Made by a program: the position numbers and the translations under genes | DNA from: an uncultured Nitrososphaerales archaeon | GTDB taxonomy: Archaea; Thermoproteota; Nitrososphaeria; Nitrososphaerales; Nitrososphaeraceae | DNA length: 64,000 bases | NCBI GenBank assembly: GCA_963841565.1 | Contig: CAWJCY010000007.1 | Coordinates: forward strand, 1-64,000 | Direction of reading: 5' to 3' | Shown here: positions 39,896 to 50,921 of the stretch, piece after piece | Layout: every line of letters starts with the position of its first letter | Position numbering within the stretch: the first letter of the stretch is position 1 | Notes under the pieces: model-generated | Seen by the model: only the letters and a program-made list of their open reading frames with translations | Database searches by the model: none | What the model was told of the DNA's origin: nothing

Positions 39896-40921
39896 TTGAC
39901 GAGTAAGACAGCTATAGTGATAAAAGGTGATGGAACAGGCCCTGAGCTCGTTGAAGCTGTCTTAAACGTTTTGAAATCATGTAACTCCCAGGTTGAGTTC
40001 GTGGTTTGCGACGCAGGTTCTGAATGGTGGATGAAAGCGGGCGGTAATTCATACATTTCAGATGAAGTATGGAAGCTTCTCAAAGAAAGTGATGCGTGCT
40101 TTAAAGGGCCTACTACGACTGTTCCAAATCCTGAAGCTCCTCGTAGTGTCGCAGTTAGCATAAGACAAAGGTTTGAACTCTATGCAAATGTAAGGCCAAT
40201 CAAGACATACCGGCAGTCGGAGCGAACACTTGACTTCCTTTGTGTTAGAGAGGCTACAGAAGGTCTCTATGCAGGGATAGAGTTTAGAACTAGCGAGGAT
40301 TCCGCTATAGCAGTAAGGAAGACAACAAGAAAAGGATGTGAACGAGTAGCACTTAAGGCATTTGAGCTAGCCAAAGAACGAGACTATCACAAATTAGTAG
40401 CGGTGACGAAGCGGAATATTTTGAAGGAAACGGATGGAATATTTTGGAACTCTGTTAAAAGAATCAGTCGTCAGTTCCAAGGTATTGAGGTAGAAGAGTA
40501 TTACGTGGATAACATGACTCAGCAACTTGTAAAAAATCCTGAGCGATTCAACCAAAACATACTTTTGAGTACAAATCTATTTATGGATATCATTTCAGAG
40601 TGTGCTTCAGGTCACGTAGGTTCAATCGGTAACGTGTATTCTGGAAATTTTGGAGAGAATTACGCGATGTTTGAGCCTGCACATGGGAGTGCACCAAAAT
40701 ATTCGGGAATGGATAAAGTGAATCCTGTGGCTTCTATCCTTTCAGGGGCTTGGTTGGTGAGATATCTAGGGGAAACAGAGATCGCTAGTGCAATCTTTGA
40801 GGCGACTGAAAAAATAATTGCAGACGGAAAGTACGTAACATATGACCTTGGAGGCGAGTCATCCTTATCTCGTATGAGCTCTGAAATTTCCCAGAAATCA
40901 TCTAATCTATTGCGGAAATGA
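39896..40921 (+). CDS. Isocitrate/isopropylmalate dehydrogenase family protein
   Basis: GDGTGPE, LYANVRP, REATEGLY, NLFMDIISE, EPAHGSAP. Confidence 0.92.
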   Translation: MTSKTAIVIKGDGTGPELVEAVLNVLKSCNSQVEFVVCDAGSEWWMKAGGNSYISDEVWKLLKESDACFKGPTTTVPNPEAPRSVAVSIRQRFELYANVRPIKTYRQSERTLDFLCVREATEGLYAGIEFRTSEDSAIAVRKTTRKGCERVALKAFELAKERDYHKLVAVTKRNILKETDGIFWNSVKRISRQFQGIEVEEYYVDNMTQQLVKNPERFNQNILLSTNLFMDIISECASGHVGSIGNVYSGNFGENYAMFEPAHGSAPKYSGMDKVNPVASILSGAWLVRYLGETEIASAIFEATEKIIADGKYVTYDLGGESSLSRMSSEISQKSSNLLRK

Positions 40922-40938
40922 GATTATCTCCTTGGGTT

Positions 40939-41511
40939 CTATTGTGCTCTAGTTGATGAAAAAATCCGAATCTCCTCTACCGAAAGAGATTCGAAGAACA
41001 GTTTTTTCTTTGAAATTGTTCTTCTGGATAGCCCCAACGACGCTACATCACTGTAGAATTGAGGCAAGTTAGATAGACTAGATAGGAGAATCAAAATTAC
41101 TCCATGCTGGCTCAAGAGATAAATTGCAGATTTTATGAATTCTATTGCTATCTCTGAACCTGTTATTCCTCCGTAAATGGTCCTGTCGTAACAAATAACA
41201 TTATCGTCATTGAATGGAAGATACGGTGGGTTGCTGACAATAAGGTCATATTTCTGCGAGGACGCAAGGGCATTTACACCATCACAGCAGATCAAATCTG
41301 CCTTCATGCTGTTAGATTGATTGCAAAATGACAGGGTATTAAGATCTAGATCTGTTCCTACCACTATGGAAAATCTTTTGCAAAGTTCATCAAGAATAAT
41401 CCCTGACCCGACACCAATTTCTAATGCTGACTTCCCTCGATATCCTGCCAGTGAGTCCAGTATAAGGTAAGTGTCATCAGATGGCTGATATGTGGGAATC
41501 TTACGTATCAT
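40939..41511 (-). CDS. HemK2/N6AMT1-related protein methyltransferase
   Basis: YQPSDDTYL, LEIGVGSG, NPPYLP; start uncertain. Confidence 0.88.
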   Translation of the reverse strand: MIRKIPTYQPSDDTYLILDSLAGYRGKSALEIGVGSGIILDELCKRFSIVVGTDLDLNTLSFCNQSNSMKADLICCDGVNALASSQKYDLIVSNPPYLPFNDDNVICYDRTIYGGITGSEIAIEFIKSAIYLLSQHGVILILLSSLSNLPQFYSDVASLGLSRRTISKKKLFFESLSVEEIRIFSSTRAQ

Positions 41512-41600
41512 ACTGCGATTCAATTCGATGTTTAAATACTTGTAAGATAAACCATTTTCATTCCTATTGTCAATCAATTGCTTTCAATGAATGTCTGGCT

Positions 41601-42335
41601 TCAGATGCTACTCATGTTCCTTGCTATGTACACTATTTCATTTGGACTCAACTGACAAATTCTCCTCGATAAGTCAAGACCGGATTGGAATCCAAGATAT
41701 GAGGCAACTCTCCGGACATTTCTTTTTTTCTGTGAAAATAATAGTGCGATGTTCTTTTTTGCATCGTAGGAGAGTTGTCGTCCTGAGGGCACCAATTCAA
41801 TAACTTGAGATGAAACCGTTGGTGGTGGACTAAACGAGGTCCTTGGAACTTCAAATAATTCTTTAACATTAAAGCAATATCTACATATTACGGAAATTGC
41901 TCTGTAGGATTCCTTCCCGGGAGTCGAAGAGAGCTTTCTTGCAAATTCTCTCTGTACCATAATTATCGCCCTCTTAAATTCATGATTGGTTAGCCACAGT
42001 ATAGTCTCTTTGCTCCTCGAATAGGGAATGTTGGATACACAGACATCAAATTCAAAACTCATCGACTCATGATTAAAGGGATTTGCGTTCAGCAAAAGCA
42101 GATTAGTAAAGTGAGCCAATTTTTGCTTTGCAATCTCAAACTTCGCCTTGTCTATTTCATAGGAAGTCACTTGGCCTGCTTGTCTGCAAAGGTGGGCTGT
42201 AAGAGCACCTTCTCCTGCACCGATCTCTAACACTTTTTCTGTTTTTGCCAGGTTTGCCTCGCGAACGATTTGTTCTAGAACCATCCTATCTGTAAGTATG
42301 TGCTGCCCTAGAGAGTTTGGACCTGTGAATCTCAT
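41601..42335 (-). CDS. ksgA: 16S rRNA adenine dimethyltransferase RsmA/KsgA
   Basis: LGQHIL, LEIGAGEG, SNIPY, MVQREFA, FSPPPTVSS. Confidence 0.92.
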   Translation of the reverse strand: MRFTGPNSLGQHILTDRMVLEQIVREANLAKTEKVLEIGAGEGALTAHLCRQAGQVTSYEIDKAKFEIAKQKLAHFTNLLLLNANPFNHESMSFEFDVCVSNIPYSRSKETILWLTNHEFKRAIIMVQREFARKLSSTPGKESYRAISVICRYCFNVKELFEVPRTSFSPPPTVSSQVIELVPSGRQLSYDAKKNIALLFSQKKRNVRRVASYLGFQSGLDLSRRICQLSPNEIVYIARNMSSI

Positions 42336-42964
42336 CTCCTCACGAAGAGATTCATCCGAGCCTCACCGGTTATTTCTTCTACGATTCTCTTCGCTATCAG
42401 TTTGGCAGGATCCTTTAGACCAATCCTGTCTTGGATATCCTGGAAGGACTCAAATTTCTTAGCTTCCCTCCCTTTGATTATCGCCATCATGTACGTCTTA
42501 CCGATTCCAGGAATGAGCTCTAGAGCGTGAATTCTGGGAGTTACCGGTTGGGCGATATTTACATAATCAATAAATCTCTTTTCGTTCTCCAATACAATTT
42601 TTTCGACTGTCGCAAGCAGTTCATTTTTAGCCGTCTGAGATATACTTGAATATTCCAATCTCCCAAGAACACTGATAATCTTTTCTCTTCCATCTCTTCC
42701 TATGTACAGTCTTTCTCCTACTTCGAAGGTTGCGTTTCCATATCCCAACAACTCTAACAATGTGAGTCTTTCTTCGCCAATTGCTTGTATTATTACACCC
42801 TCACGACCCCTTACCGTTGAGGATTTTCCGCGCTGGGTGAAATCCAATATGTAGGCATACTCTTCGTATTTACGTTGAGATTGGTGATGATGTGCGTAAC
42901 TATCATCAGTTCTCCAAGTACGATCGGATCTGTCCACAGACATAGACAATCGTTTAATTCCCAC
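42332..42964 (-). CDS. DUF655 family putative RNA-binding protein
   Basis: YEEYAYILDF, QAIGEERLTLLE, HALELIPGIGK; conserved position next to rpo4. Confidence 0.9.
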   Translation of the reverse strand: MGIKRLSMSVDRSDRTWRTDDSYAHHHQSQRKYEEYAYILDFTQRGKSSTVRGREGVIIQAIGEERLTLLELLGYGNATFEVGERLYIGRDGREKIISVLGRLEYSSISQTAKNELLATVEKIVLENEKRFIDYVNIAQPVTPRIHALELIPGIGKTYMMAIIKGREAKKFESFQDIQDRIGLKDPAKLIAKRIVEEITGEARMNLFVRR

Positions 42965-42987
42965 TTAATTGATTAGTGGCTGAATAT

Positions 42988-43320
42988 TTAACCTTCAGCT
43001 TTCTGTTTCAATATCTCTAACATTTTTTCCAGCGTATTTGTCAAAATCAGTTTCTTCCACCCAAATGTAAATGACCTCAGTTCCTCGAGCGATTTTGGTA
43101 ATATGTTGACTAATTCGACTGCCTCTTCTTCTTTCAATTCGCATTCCCTAATCTGTTCCTCGACCATCTTGCGTGAAGTTTTTGCATCGAGTTTCGAGAA
43201 TCTTGTCACGAAATCAAATGTCCATCTTTGGATCTGGTCCATTTCATCAGGTTTCACCTTCTCTAGAATCTCCTTAACCTCAGGTAATGTGATTATTTCT
43301 TTTTTATCAACCTCTGTCAT
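42988..43320 (-). CDS. rpo4: RNA polymerase subunit Rpo4 (RpoF)
   Basis: ITLPEVKEIL, FSKLD, AVELVNILPKSLEELRS. Confidence 0.9.
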   Translation of the reverse strand: MTEVDKKEIITLPEVKEILEKVKPDEMDQIQRWTFDFVTRFSKLDAKTSRKMVEEQIRECELKEEEAVELVNILPKSLEELRSFTFGWKKLILTNTLEKMLEILKQKAEG

Positions 43321-43324
43321 TGAA

Positions 43325-43615
43325 CTAATTCACAGCCGTTAGATGTTTTACGTGATTGAGCCTAGTTTGTAAGATTTTCTGCTTATTGCCGATAACTACT
43401 GAAGTTTTCAATGTCCTTCTTCCGACTTGCAACACAGTCCCGACCTTACCATGGTATCTCCTATGGGGGGTGGTCCTATGTTCCCTAGGATCTATCACAA
43501 TGATTACCTTGTCACCTGGATTGTACTCAGTAAGCAAATAGGATAATCCTCTTGGAACGTTATTCTGCGTCATAACTGAGCGAGATTTCCTCCTGTAGCC
43601 ATGTGAGTTAGGCAT
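43325..43615 (-). CDS. rpl21e: 50S ribosomal protein eL21
   Basis: SHGYRRKSR, GDKV, PHRRYHGKVGTV. Confidence 0.95.
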   Translation of the reverse strand: MPNSHGYRRKSRSVMTQNNVPRGLSYLLTEYNPGDKVIIVIDPREHRTTPHRRYHGKVGTVLQVGRRTLKTSVVIGNKQKILQTRLNHVKHLTAVN

Positions 43616-43681
43616 TTTGTGTTCTGTACTTAGAGGCCATAATTTAATGTAACTGCCTGCAACAATCAAACTTGTTCTGGA

Positions 43682-44656
43682 TCAGTCAGCTCCCTTCTCC
43701 GAAAGTGAGAAAAGCACCTCAGTTTCTGGGTGATAAGGACTGTCTACCATCCTTGCAATTCTATTCCTGCCTGAGCGCTTGAGATAGATGCGGTATGTGC
43801 TAGTATGGGCTACTACATTGCCACCTGCCGGTCTGAAGGCATCGCCAAAAATTGAATCTGGAGAGGACTGTATCTGATTCGTAATCATAACAGCAACACC
43901 GTATGTTTCAGAAATTCTTAATAGGATGTGCATAAATTTATTTAGTTTCTGCTGCCTTTCCGAGAGAGTCGCCCTACCCAAGAATTCCGCTCTATAGTGT
44001 GCAACTGCAGAATCCACGATAACAAGCTTAACCCCATTGGCATCTATAATCGGGCCTGTTTCATCTATTATTAATTCTTGGTGTGCTGAGTTGTATGCTT
44101 TAGCTACAATGATGCTATCAAGAACTTGGTCAGGTTCAATATTTCTTGCACCACATATAGAAACAATGCGTTCAGGTCTAAAGGTATTTTCAGTGTCTAC
44201 GTAAATTGCTTTACCGCCCAACCCTCCATGGGCTCTGTCCTGAGATACCATTACACACAAGCTGTGACATATTTGTGTCTTGCCAGTTCCGTATTCTCCA
44301 AAAATTTCTGTGACAGCACGAGTCTCAACCCCTACTCCTCCGAGCAAGGTGTCAAGGTTTCTAGAACCTGTTGATATTCGTTCAGCGGTAAGTCGTTTAT
44401 TGTACAATTTACGTGCTGTTACGAAGCTTTTCTCCAATACACCCGCGTCCTCAAGTCTTTGTCGAGCCCGGTTACATAGGATAGCTGATTTTTCGATATC
44501 CATCCCCGTAGCTTCTGAAATATCAACCGGTCCTCTAACAACTAGATCCTTGAGTGACTTAAATCCCGAGTTTTCAAGATGCGTTCTTGTAGCGATTCCT
44601 ATATCCTCTATGGAACAAAGATCTAGCGCGGTCTTTGGAGCATCTTCGTCATTCAA
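43682..44656 (-). CDS. radA: RadA recombinase (or full-length paralog)
   Basis: N-terminal HhH, SFVTA, GEYGTGKTQ, DTENTFRPERI, LSERQQKL, GGNVVAH, RMVDSP. Confidence 0.9.
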   Translation of the reverse strand: MNDEDAPKTALDLCSIEDIGIATRTHLENSGFKSLKDLVVRGPVDISEATGMDIEKSAILCNRARQRLEDAGVLEKSFVTARKLYNKRLTAERISTGSRNLDTLLGGVGVETRAVTEIFGEYGTGKTQICHSLCVMVSQDRAHGGLGGKAIYVDTENTFRPERIVSICGARNIEPDQVLDSIIVAKAYNSAHQELIIDETGPIIDANGVKLVIVDSAVAHYRAEFLGRATLSERQQKLNKFMHILLRISETYGVAVMITNQIQSSPDSIFGDAFRPAGGNVVAHTSTYRIYLKRSGRNRIARMVDSPYHPETEVLFSLSEKGAD

Positions 44657-44934
44657 GGGCTAATACTGGTAACCAATACATTCTTAATTAGTCTTAGGTG
44701 AAAGGTTGTTGTAACATGATTTTTCCAGCTGAATAGGCGAAATACAACTTGTAAGAACTTGAAAAGAGATAGTCTATCTAACCACACGCTCCCTGTTGAG
44801 CCCGCAAACATAAATTTTGCGATTGATTCGATTACCTTAAATGGAAACAGGATTTTACTTGCATCAATTTTGTCAGATGTAACAATTAAATAGTAAAACT
44901 AACGTCTTGTTCCTTGTTTATCCTGGTGCGATAA

Positions 44935-45603
44935 TTGCTAGTTGATTTGAACCTAAGCGGGAAACAAGTCATTATTATAGGTGGAGGAACAGAGGGCTTA
45001 AGAAAGTTAAGAGGGCTACAAGATCAGAATTGTGAAATAATTCTGATCACGAACCGCCTGAATAAGATGATCAAGGGTCTGCAAGACAAGGGGAAACTCT
45101 CTCTTCGAAAAGAGCATGTTAAAGATACCAGCTTTCTTAAAGATTATGAGAATCCATTTCTGGTTCTAGCTTGCACCAATAATAAACATCTCAATCGTGT
45201 AATAGTTAAAGAGGCAAGCTTAATGGGGGCATTGTCATATGCGGTTGATGACCCATCGGTTAGCGATTTCTCCTATGCTTCTATTATTAATGTTGAAGGA
45301 ATCCTTCAAATCGCCATCTCTACTTCAGGGAGAAGTCCAATAGTAGCCAGAAGATTTCGGATCAAGGCAGAAAGGGTCCTAAGGAGATTAATAAGTAAGT
45401 CGGATATTGAAAACATACGACTCCAAGAAGCCGCGAGAGGAATGATTAGGACGAGAATACCTACTGTCAATGAAAGAAAGGAATTTCTGTACTCTATTAT
45501 TAACAATGCCACCATCCAGAAGCTTATTAAAGAAGATCGCATCGACGATGCTCGACAGGAATTAGTTGCATTAATAAACTCCTGGGAGGGTAAAGGAAAC
45601 TAA
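44935..45603 (+). CDS. sirC: Precorrin-2 dehydrogenase (SirC/CysG N-terminal)
   Basis: IIGGGTEG, AVDDP..DF, IAISTSGRSP. Confidence 0.9.
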   Translation: MLVDLNLSGKQVIIIGGGTEGLRKLRGLQDQNCEIILITNRLNKMIKGLQDKGKLSLRKEHVKDTSFLKDYENPFLVLACTNNKHLNRVIVKEASLMGALSYAVDDPSVSDFSYASIINVEGILQIAISTSGRSPIVARRFRIKAERVLRRLISKSDIENIRLQEAARGMIRTRIPTVNERKEFLYSIINNATIQKLIKEDRIDDARQELVALINSWEGKGN

Positions 45604-46896
45604 ATGACACAATTCGAGCCTCTATATCGAGAACAGCAATTCTGTAACGCTCGAATCACTTACAAAAAGGCTCCCATTCACCTTCTCGAAAGATTCACGT
45701 TTAAGAATGTTAGTGAAGCTTATGTTAGATTCAGGGAGCTCTCACCTGATAGTGAGTGTGTTATTTTGCAAACATGCAATAGGATAGAAATTTTTTTGTC
45801 TTCGGAGGAAATGCCAGATGAACAAGAGATATTAAATATTTGGTCATCGGTCACTGGTTTTTCAAAAGAGGAATTTTCAGACAATGTAGAGTTGAGCTTC
45901 GGACAAGAAGCCATTTTGCATCTATTGAGGCTAACTTCAGGTTTAGATTCTCTAGTGATAGGTGAGGATCAAATATTAGGACAGGTAAGGAGGTCTTTTG
46001 AATTCTCGAGGTCAAACGGCCATTCTAGTTCGAACCTCTCATTAATATTCACGAAAGCCCTCAAAGTTGGGAGTAAAGTAAGAACAACTACTCGATTGAA
46101 CAAAGGTAACGTCTCAATTGGTTCAGTGGCAGTAAACATCGCAGAGAACTATTTCGATGATCTCAAAAGTAGAAGCATATTGATAATAGGGTCTGGGGAA
46201 GGAGCTAGTCTGGTCGCAAAGTCATTGAAACAGAGGGAGGTTAAATTCATGATTACAAGTAGAACCTTTGAAAGAGCGAAATCCTTTGCAGATACGGCAG
46301 GCGGACATCCTATCGCTTTTGAAGGTGCTCTATCTGGTCTTACTAAATATGATATAGTCTTCGTATCTACAACTGCACCCTATTTCTTGATTACGTATGA
46401 AAGGATCAGCAAAGCGATGTCGGCAAGAAATAAGGGAATGTTAGTTTTCGATCTTTCGAATCCTAGAACCGTGGAGGACCAAATTAGTACCATCAAAGGA
46501 ATCAAACTAATTAATATGGACCAGATCGCCGAAATAGCAGAGAATAATCTCAAACTTAGAAAAAATGAAATTGCATCTGCTGAGCGGATAATTGATAAAG
46601 AGGTCCAATCGTTCGCGGATATTCTTAAAAGTAAGCGGGTAGAACAATTGATCGATTCAGTTTTCAGGTCAGTTGAAGCATTGCGAGAAGCTGAACTAGA
46701 GAAGGCAATGTCCATTTTTTCAGCAAAGTTAGGCGTAGAAGACAGGAGTATTATTAGAGAGCTTTCCCGTTCAATAGTCTCTACTGTTTTGTCGACTCCT
46801 ATGAACAACCTGCGAAAAGAGGCCCGAATAGGAAGAGCCTCTGAACAGGATTTAATCAGAATCGTCGAAAGCATATTTAATTATGACAATGGATAA
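45604..46896 (+). CDS. hemA: Glutamyl-tRNA reductase
   Basis: LQTCNRIE, GLDSLVIGEDQILGQV, IIGSGEG, DLSNPR. Confidence 0.95.
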   Translation: MTQFEPLYREQQFCNARITYKKAPIHLLERFTFKNVSEAYVRFRELSPDSECVILQTCNRIEIFLSSEEMPDEQEILNIWSSVTGFSKEEFSDNVELSFGQEAILHLLRLTSGLDSLVIGEDQILGQVRRSFEFSRSNGHSSSNLSLIFTKALKVGSKVRTTTRLNKGNVSIGSVAVNIAENYFDDLKSRSILIIGSGEGASLVAKSLKQREVKFMITSRTFERAKSFADTAGGHPIAFEGALSGLTKYDIVFVSTTAPYFLITYERISKAMSARNKGMLVFDLSNPRTVEDQISTIKGIKLINMDQIAEIAENNLKLRKNEIASAERIIDKEVQSFADILKSKRVEQLIDSVFRSVEALREAELEKAMSIFSAKLGVEDRSIIRELSRSIVSTVLSTPMNNLRKEARIGRASEQDLIRIVESIFNYDNG

Positions 46897-47885
46897 ATCT
46901 TCGCCAGGATTTCCGAAGGTAAGGCTAAGACGGCTCAGAAAGAATCCAGCGATACGACAACTATTGCAGGAGACCAGAATTTCAGTCAAGGACTTTATTT
47001 ATCCAATTTTTATAAAAGAAGGGATTTCTGTTGCTGAAGAAAGTAAAGCAATGACTGGCGTACTAAAATTCCCTTTATCCGGTCTTATTGAAGAGGTTCA
47101 GGACTGCTATGATCTTGGAATACGTGCGTTTATCATCTTTGGGATCCCTTCCTCAAAGGACGAGAGCGGTAGTTCATCATTTAGTGAACATGGGATAGTG
47201 CAACAATCGATAGAAGCTCTCAGAAAAGCCTTCGGCGATCAGATAGTTGTTATAAGCGACGTATGCTTGTGTCAGTATACCCTTTCAGGCCATTGCGGAA
47301 TCTTGAAGGGAAGTGGGGTTGATAATGATCTAAGCCTCGATTTACTAGCTAAGATAGCCGTGAGCCACGCAAATTCAGGTAGCGATATGGTTGCTCCCTC
47401 TGCAATGATGGATGGTCAAGTAAAGGCCATTAGAGAAGCACTAGATAGCAGTGGATTCAATGACACTATTATTATGGGATACTCTGCAAAGCACGCTTCT
47501 TCACTTTATTCCCCCTTTAGAGAGATCTCCGATTCCTCCCCATCTCTAGGTGACCGGAAAACGTATCAAATGTCGTTTCTCAATCATCGAGAGGCCCTTA
47601 GGGAAGTGATGATGGATATTCAGGAAGGAGTAGACATAGTAATGGTCAAACCTGCCGTGCCTTATCTGGACTTGATTAGGAGGGTAAGAGAGTTGACTAA
47701 TCTACCCCTGTGTGCCTTTAGTGTTTCAGGCGACTACGCCATGATAAAAGCTCGCTTCCACTCAAGGTCTGATTGACGAGAAACAAGCAGTGCACGAAAT
47801 GCTAACTTCAATAAAAAGGGCCGGTGCTGATATCCTGATAACGTATCACGCCAAGCTGATTTCTCAAATACTTGATGGTGAATAG
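46883..47885 (+). CDS. hemB: Porphobilinogen synthase (+1 frameshift near 47753)
   Basis: RLRRLR, DVCLCQYTLSGHCG, APSAMMDG, MVKP; corrected tail ..EMLTSIKRAGADILITYHA. Confidence 0.93.
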
Positions 47886-47938
47886 AAAGCTCGGAATGAA
47901 ATTATAACGACAATTACATTCTGGTTTTTGATCTATGA

Positions 47939-49219
47939 ATGTACGATAACTCGCGGATTCTTTATGATCGGGCAACTAAAGTTATTCCCGGTGGTGTTAA
48001 CAGCCCAATTAGGTTCTTCAAGCCATTCCCTTTCTTTGCGGCTTCGGCGAATGGCAGTAGAATAACCAGTAGTGACCACATCAGTTATGTGGATTATTGC
48101 ATGGGTTATGGGTCACTACTTTTAGGGCATGCAAATACGGAAATACTGGAAGCTGTCAAGTCGCAGCTAAATATTGGCTCTCTTTACTGTATTCCAACCG
48201 AAAAAGAGGTTATCCTTGGGGAAATGATTGCTCAACTTATTCCGGCATGTGAAATGACAAGGGTCGTGAATTCTGGGATGGAGGCGACCATGAATGCTAT
48301 TCGTCTCGCCAGAGCGTACACTCAACAGAACAAAGTTATCAAATTCGAAGGGTGTTACCACGGCGCTCAGGACTATTCACTTGTTAGAGGCGACAGTTCT
48401 GGGCATGGCACGCCCTCATCAAGTGGCATTCCCAAAGAATTTAGCTCGGAGACGATTGTGGTCCCATTTAATGATCTTGAACAACTGGAAGCGGTGATAA
48501 GAAAGAGAAATGATATCTCGTGCATTATCCTCGAACCAGTTCCCGCGAACATGGGTCTAGTCATCCCTGACAAGGAATATCTCACCTTTATAAGAAAAAT
48601 TACTATGGAGAAAAATATTGTGCTGATCTTCGACGAGGTTGTAACAGGCTTTCGTCTAGCAACTGGTGGAGCAAGCGAATTCTTCGGAATTAAACCCGAT
48701 ATCGTAACCTATTCAAAGTCTGTGGCCAACGGATTTTCTTTAGCAGCCATTTGCGGCAGACGAGAATTGCTCGAACAGTTCTCTCCATCAGGAGATGTGT
48801 ACCAGGCGAGTACGTACGCTGGTAATCCAGTGGCAGTTACGGCCGCCCTTGCCACCATCTCCGCTTTGAACAGAGGTCGAAATCACATATATCCAAGAAT
48901 GACTAGAATATGCGATTCATTGATAGATGGCATCCAAGAAGTTGCACATGAAAGAAAAATCCCATGCAAGATAAACAATATCAGTTCAATGTACCAGTTA
49001 TTCTTTACTCCGACTGATGTTAGAGATATGGCATCAGCCAGAACGTCTGATCTTGATATGTTCAATGTGCTTTTTAGAGCCTTGCTTGAAAAAGGAGTCT
49101 TTATCCCTCCCTCTCAATTCGAAACCTGTTTCTTGTCTTATGCGCATGCGGATGAAGATATCGATAAAACGATCGAAGCGTACGATTATGCATTCAGTTT
49201 GATGAGGCCTAGGAGATGA
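47939..49219 (+). CDS. hemL: Glutamate-1-semialdehyde 2,1-aminomutase
   Basis: PGGVNSP, KFEGCYHG, FDEVVTGFR, PPSQFE. Confidence 0.95.
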   Translation: MYDNSRILYDRATKVIPGGVNSPIRFFKPFPFFAASANGSRITSSDHISYVDYCMGYGSLLLGHANTEILEAVKSQLNIGSLYCIPTEKEVILGEMIAQLIPACEMTRVVNSGMEATMNAIRLARAYTQQNKVIKFEGCYHGAQDYSLVRGDSSGHGTPSSSGIPKEFSSETIVVPFNDLEQLEAVIRKRNDISCIILEPVPANMGLVIPDKEYLTFIRKITMEKNIVLIFDEVVTGFRLATGGASEFFGIKPDIVTYSKSVANGFSLAAICGRRELLEQFSPSGDVYQASTYAGNPVAVTAALATISALNRGRNHIYPRMTRICDSLIDGIQEVAHERKIPCKINNISSMYQLFFTPTDVRDMASARTSDLDMFNVLFRALLEKGVFIPPSQFETCFLSYAHADEDIDKTIEAYDYAFSLMRPRR

Positions 49220-50166
49220 GGAACTACACTGTAGGAACGAGACGTAGCAGACTAGCCTTAGAGCAGACCAAATCTGTAGTGGATCTGCTAAAGAGAAGCA
49301 AGCGGCAAACATTCATCAATATTCTCAAAATTAGTTCCTCAGGAGATTTAGACGTAAGGCCACTTTACACCTTCGACAGGAAAGGCATATTTGAGAAGGA
49401 AATAGACCAAGCAGTGATTGACGGAAAAGCAGATTTCGCGGTTCACAGCGCCAAGGATGTACCAACTGAGCTCTTTTCGGATCTCACACTGGCCTCCGTA
49501 CCGACTAGGTCTGTGGCCAATGACATTCTAATACATCGAAATGGATTGAAATTGAATGAGCTACCTTCCGGAGCCGTAGTTGGAACTAGTAGTTTGAGAA
49601 GGGCAGTCCAGCTCTTGAGGATGAGACCAGAATTAAAAGTAAAGCCAATCCGTGGAAATATAGAGACAAGAATAAAGAAGGTCGAAACTGGCGCGTATGA
49701 TGCCATCGTTTTGGCCCAAGCCGGCTTAGATCGATTAGGGTTAACCAAGTACATAACGGAACAGTTTAGTGTTATGGATTTTGTCCCAGCTGCAGGACAA
49801 GGGGCACTGGCACTTATTTGCAAGAATGATAGGCCTGAACTGCTATCTCTTTTGAGATTGATTGAAGATCCGCGATCGCGTGCTGAATTGGAGGCTGAAA
49901 GAAATCTCTTGTCGGTGGTCGAAGGAGGTTGTAAATTTCCAGTCGGCGTTATAGCTTTATCTGACAGGGATCCCCACCTATTGACCCTCATTGCAAAGGT
50001 ATTCTCCGCTGACGGTTCAGATCAGATTTTTATTACCGAAAAAGGGAGAATCGAGGATGCTCGAAGCATAGGAATCAAGGCAGGACAAAGACTATTGGAT
50101 GAGGGGGTCAAGGACTTCTCTGAGAGCTGGGAATCGGCTTTAAAGAATTGGAATAATTTAGTATGA
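49216..50166 (+). CDS. hemC: Hydroxymethylbilane synthase
   Basis: GTRRSRLA, AVHSAKDVP, GTSSLRR, RGNIETR, EGGC. Confidence 0.95.
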   Translation: MRNYTVGTRRSRLALEQTKSVVDLLKRSKRQTFINILKISSSGDLDVRPLYTFDRKGIFEKEIDQAVIDGKADFAVHSAKDVPTELFSDLTLASVPTRSVANDILIHRNGLKLNELPSGAVVGTSSLRRAVQLLRMRPELKVKPIRGNIETRIKKVETGAYDAIVLAQAGLDRLGLTKYITEQFSVMDFVPAAGQGALALICKNDRPELLSLLRLIEDPRSRAELEAERNLLSVVEGGCKFPVGVIALSDRDPHLLTLIAKVFSADGSDQIFITEKGRIEDARSIGIKAGQRLLDEGVKDFSESWESALKNWNNLV

Positions 50167-50921
50167 ATTCGTCAAAAGTCTTCATATGTGGGGCCGGCCC
50201 AGGGGATCCAGGGCTTATCTCAGTCAAGGGGTACAGACTTTTAAAGAAATGCGACGTAGTGCTTTATGACAGATTAGTTAGCAAGGAGCTGATAGCCAAG
50301 ATTCCCTCGGCGATAAAAAAAATCTATGTTGGTAGGGAATCAGGCAGAGCCACCTCTACGCATCAGTCAAGAACGAACAAGCTTATGGTAACTTATGCTC
50401 GAAAAGGGAAAAGCGTATTGAGACTTAAGGGAGGAGACCCATTGATTTTTGGAAGAGGGGGGGAAGAAGCAGAATATTTACGCAAGCATGACATCAAATT
50501 TGAGATTATACCTGGTATATCATCAGCGATTGCTGCTCCGGCCTATGCAGGAATACCTCTTACCCACAGAAACTACTCGTCGTCGGTCGCCTTCATTACT
50601 GGTCATGAGAATGAAAGGAAAAACCATTCAGATGTGAATTTGAAGGCTGTGGCATCTGCTGTCGATACGATAGTCGTATTGATGGGAGTAGAAAGAATTA
50701 AAGAGATTGTTCAAGATTTGCGAGCAGGTGGTTTGAAGAGAAGTACAAGAGTAGCGATTGTGGAGAAAGGGACGATGAAGGATCAGAGAGTAATAGTAGG
50801 GAACTTGAACACTATTCTGAAAAAGGTTGCAAGATACAAGGTGACTTCTCCAGCAGTGATGGTGGTAGGTCGTGTCGTTTCCTTATCCAATCGTCTTACG
50901 TGGCTATACCCCAATGGTTAA
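50163..50921 (+). CDS. cobA: Uroporphyrinogen-III C-methyltransferase
   Basis: GAGPGDPGL, YDRLV, RLKGGDPLIFGRGGEE, GIPLTHR. Confidence 0.95.
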   Translation: MNSSKVFICGAGPGDPGLISVKGYRLLKKCDVVLYDRLVSKELIAKIPSAIKKIYVGRESGRATSTHQSRTNKLMVTYARKGKSVLRLKGGDPLIFGRGGEEAEYLRKHDIKFEIIPGISSAIAAPAYAGIPLTHRNYSSSVAFITGHENERKNHSDVNLKAVASAVDTIVVLMGVERIKEIVQDLRAGGLKRSTRVAIVEKGTMKDQRVIVGNLNTILKKVARYKVTSPAVMVVGRVVSLSNRLTWLYPNG